NCBI GenBank assembly: GCA_003990765.1
Contig: RBNJ01000271.1
Coordinates: 1 to 34,576 of the forward strand
Source of the DNA: Jimgerdemannia flammicorona
Lineage: Eukaryota
Reading direction: 5' to 3'
Length of the DNA: 34,576 nt
The translations under genes were made by a program, and so were the position numbers. The notes beneath the pieces were generated by a model. The model worked only from the letters and a program-made list of their open reading frames with translations. It made no database searches and had not been told where the DNA came from. Of the stretch, positions 34,416 through 34,576 are shown one piece after another. The first letter of the stretch is position 1. Every line of letters starts with the position of its first letter.

Positions 34416-34576
34416 CAGCTCACCACTAGTCTGCAAGCACAAGGTCCCCCACCAGATCCCAATAATGCAGCTCGAAAAAGTTAGTTTTTTTTTTTTTTTT
34501 CTTTTTAAATCAATGTCTGAATTTTTTTCCTAATAACATTCGAAATATACATATCCTCTCGCTTCTAAGCCTGGGC

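Larger units (their letters stand above)
30156..34576 (-). mobile_element. hAT-superfamily DNA transposon; far end not seen in the window
   Basis: Starts TAGTGCTCCAC (fits hAT terminus YARNG) where LINE homology stops. Has subterminal repeats and a hAT transposase. The extent beyond ~32900 is inferred. Confidence 0.65.

Overview
The window is almost entirely a nested pile of decayed eukaryotic transposable elements, probably fungal (inferred from element types and short GT-AG introns). I cannot support any intact host gene. The oldest layer is a Ty1/copia element, and its three pieces suggest an internal inversion. A chromodomain-bearing Ty3/gypsy element (2056-17423, TSD TATTG) is inserted in the copia RT. 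A full-length L1/Tx1-like LINE with a (TAAAA)n tail (4158-10030) is inserted in the gypsy. A solo-LTR-like element lies at 17476-19018. A second copy of the same LINE (21305-30155) is interrupted by an endonuclease-less Penelope-like element (PLE, 22282-27074) and cut off by an intron-containing hAT DNA transposon (from 30156). The most unusual object is the PLE: its two termini are the same sequence in inverted orientation, and it has no TSD. It replaces about 1.26 kb of the host LINE, repeats its last 167 bp three times, and has a long N-terminal extension with a probable CCHC knuckle. The two LINE copies also appear to share a target motif (GTAACAT). Most elements show strong CpG loss plus TpG>TpA decay. 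All calls come from manual reading and motif recognition; no searches were run.
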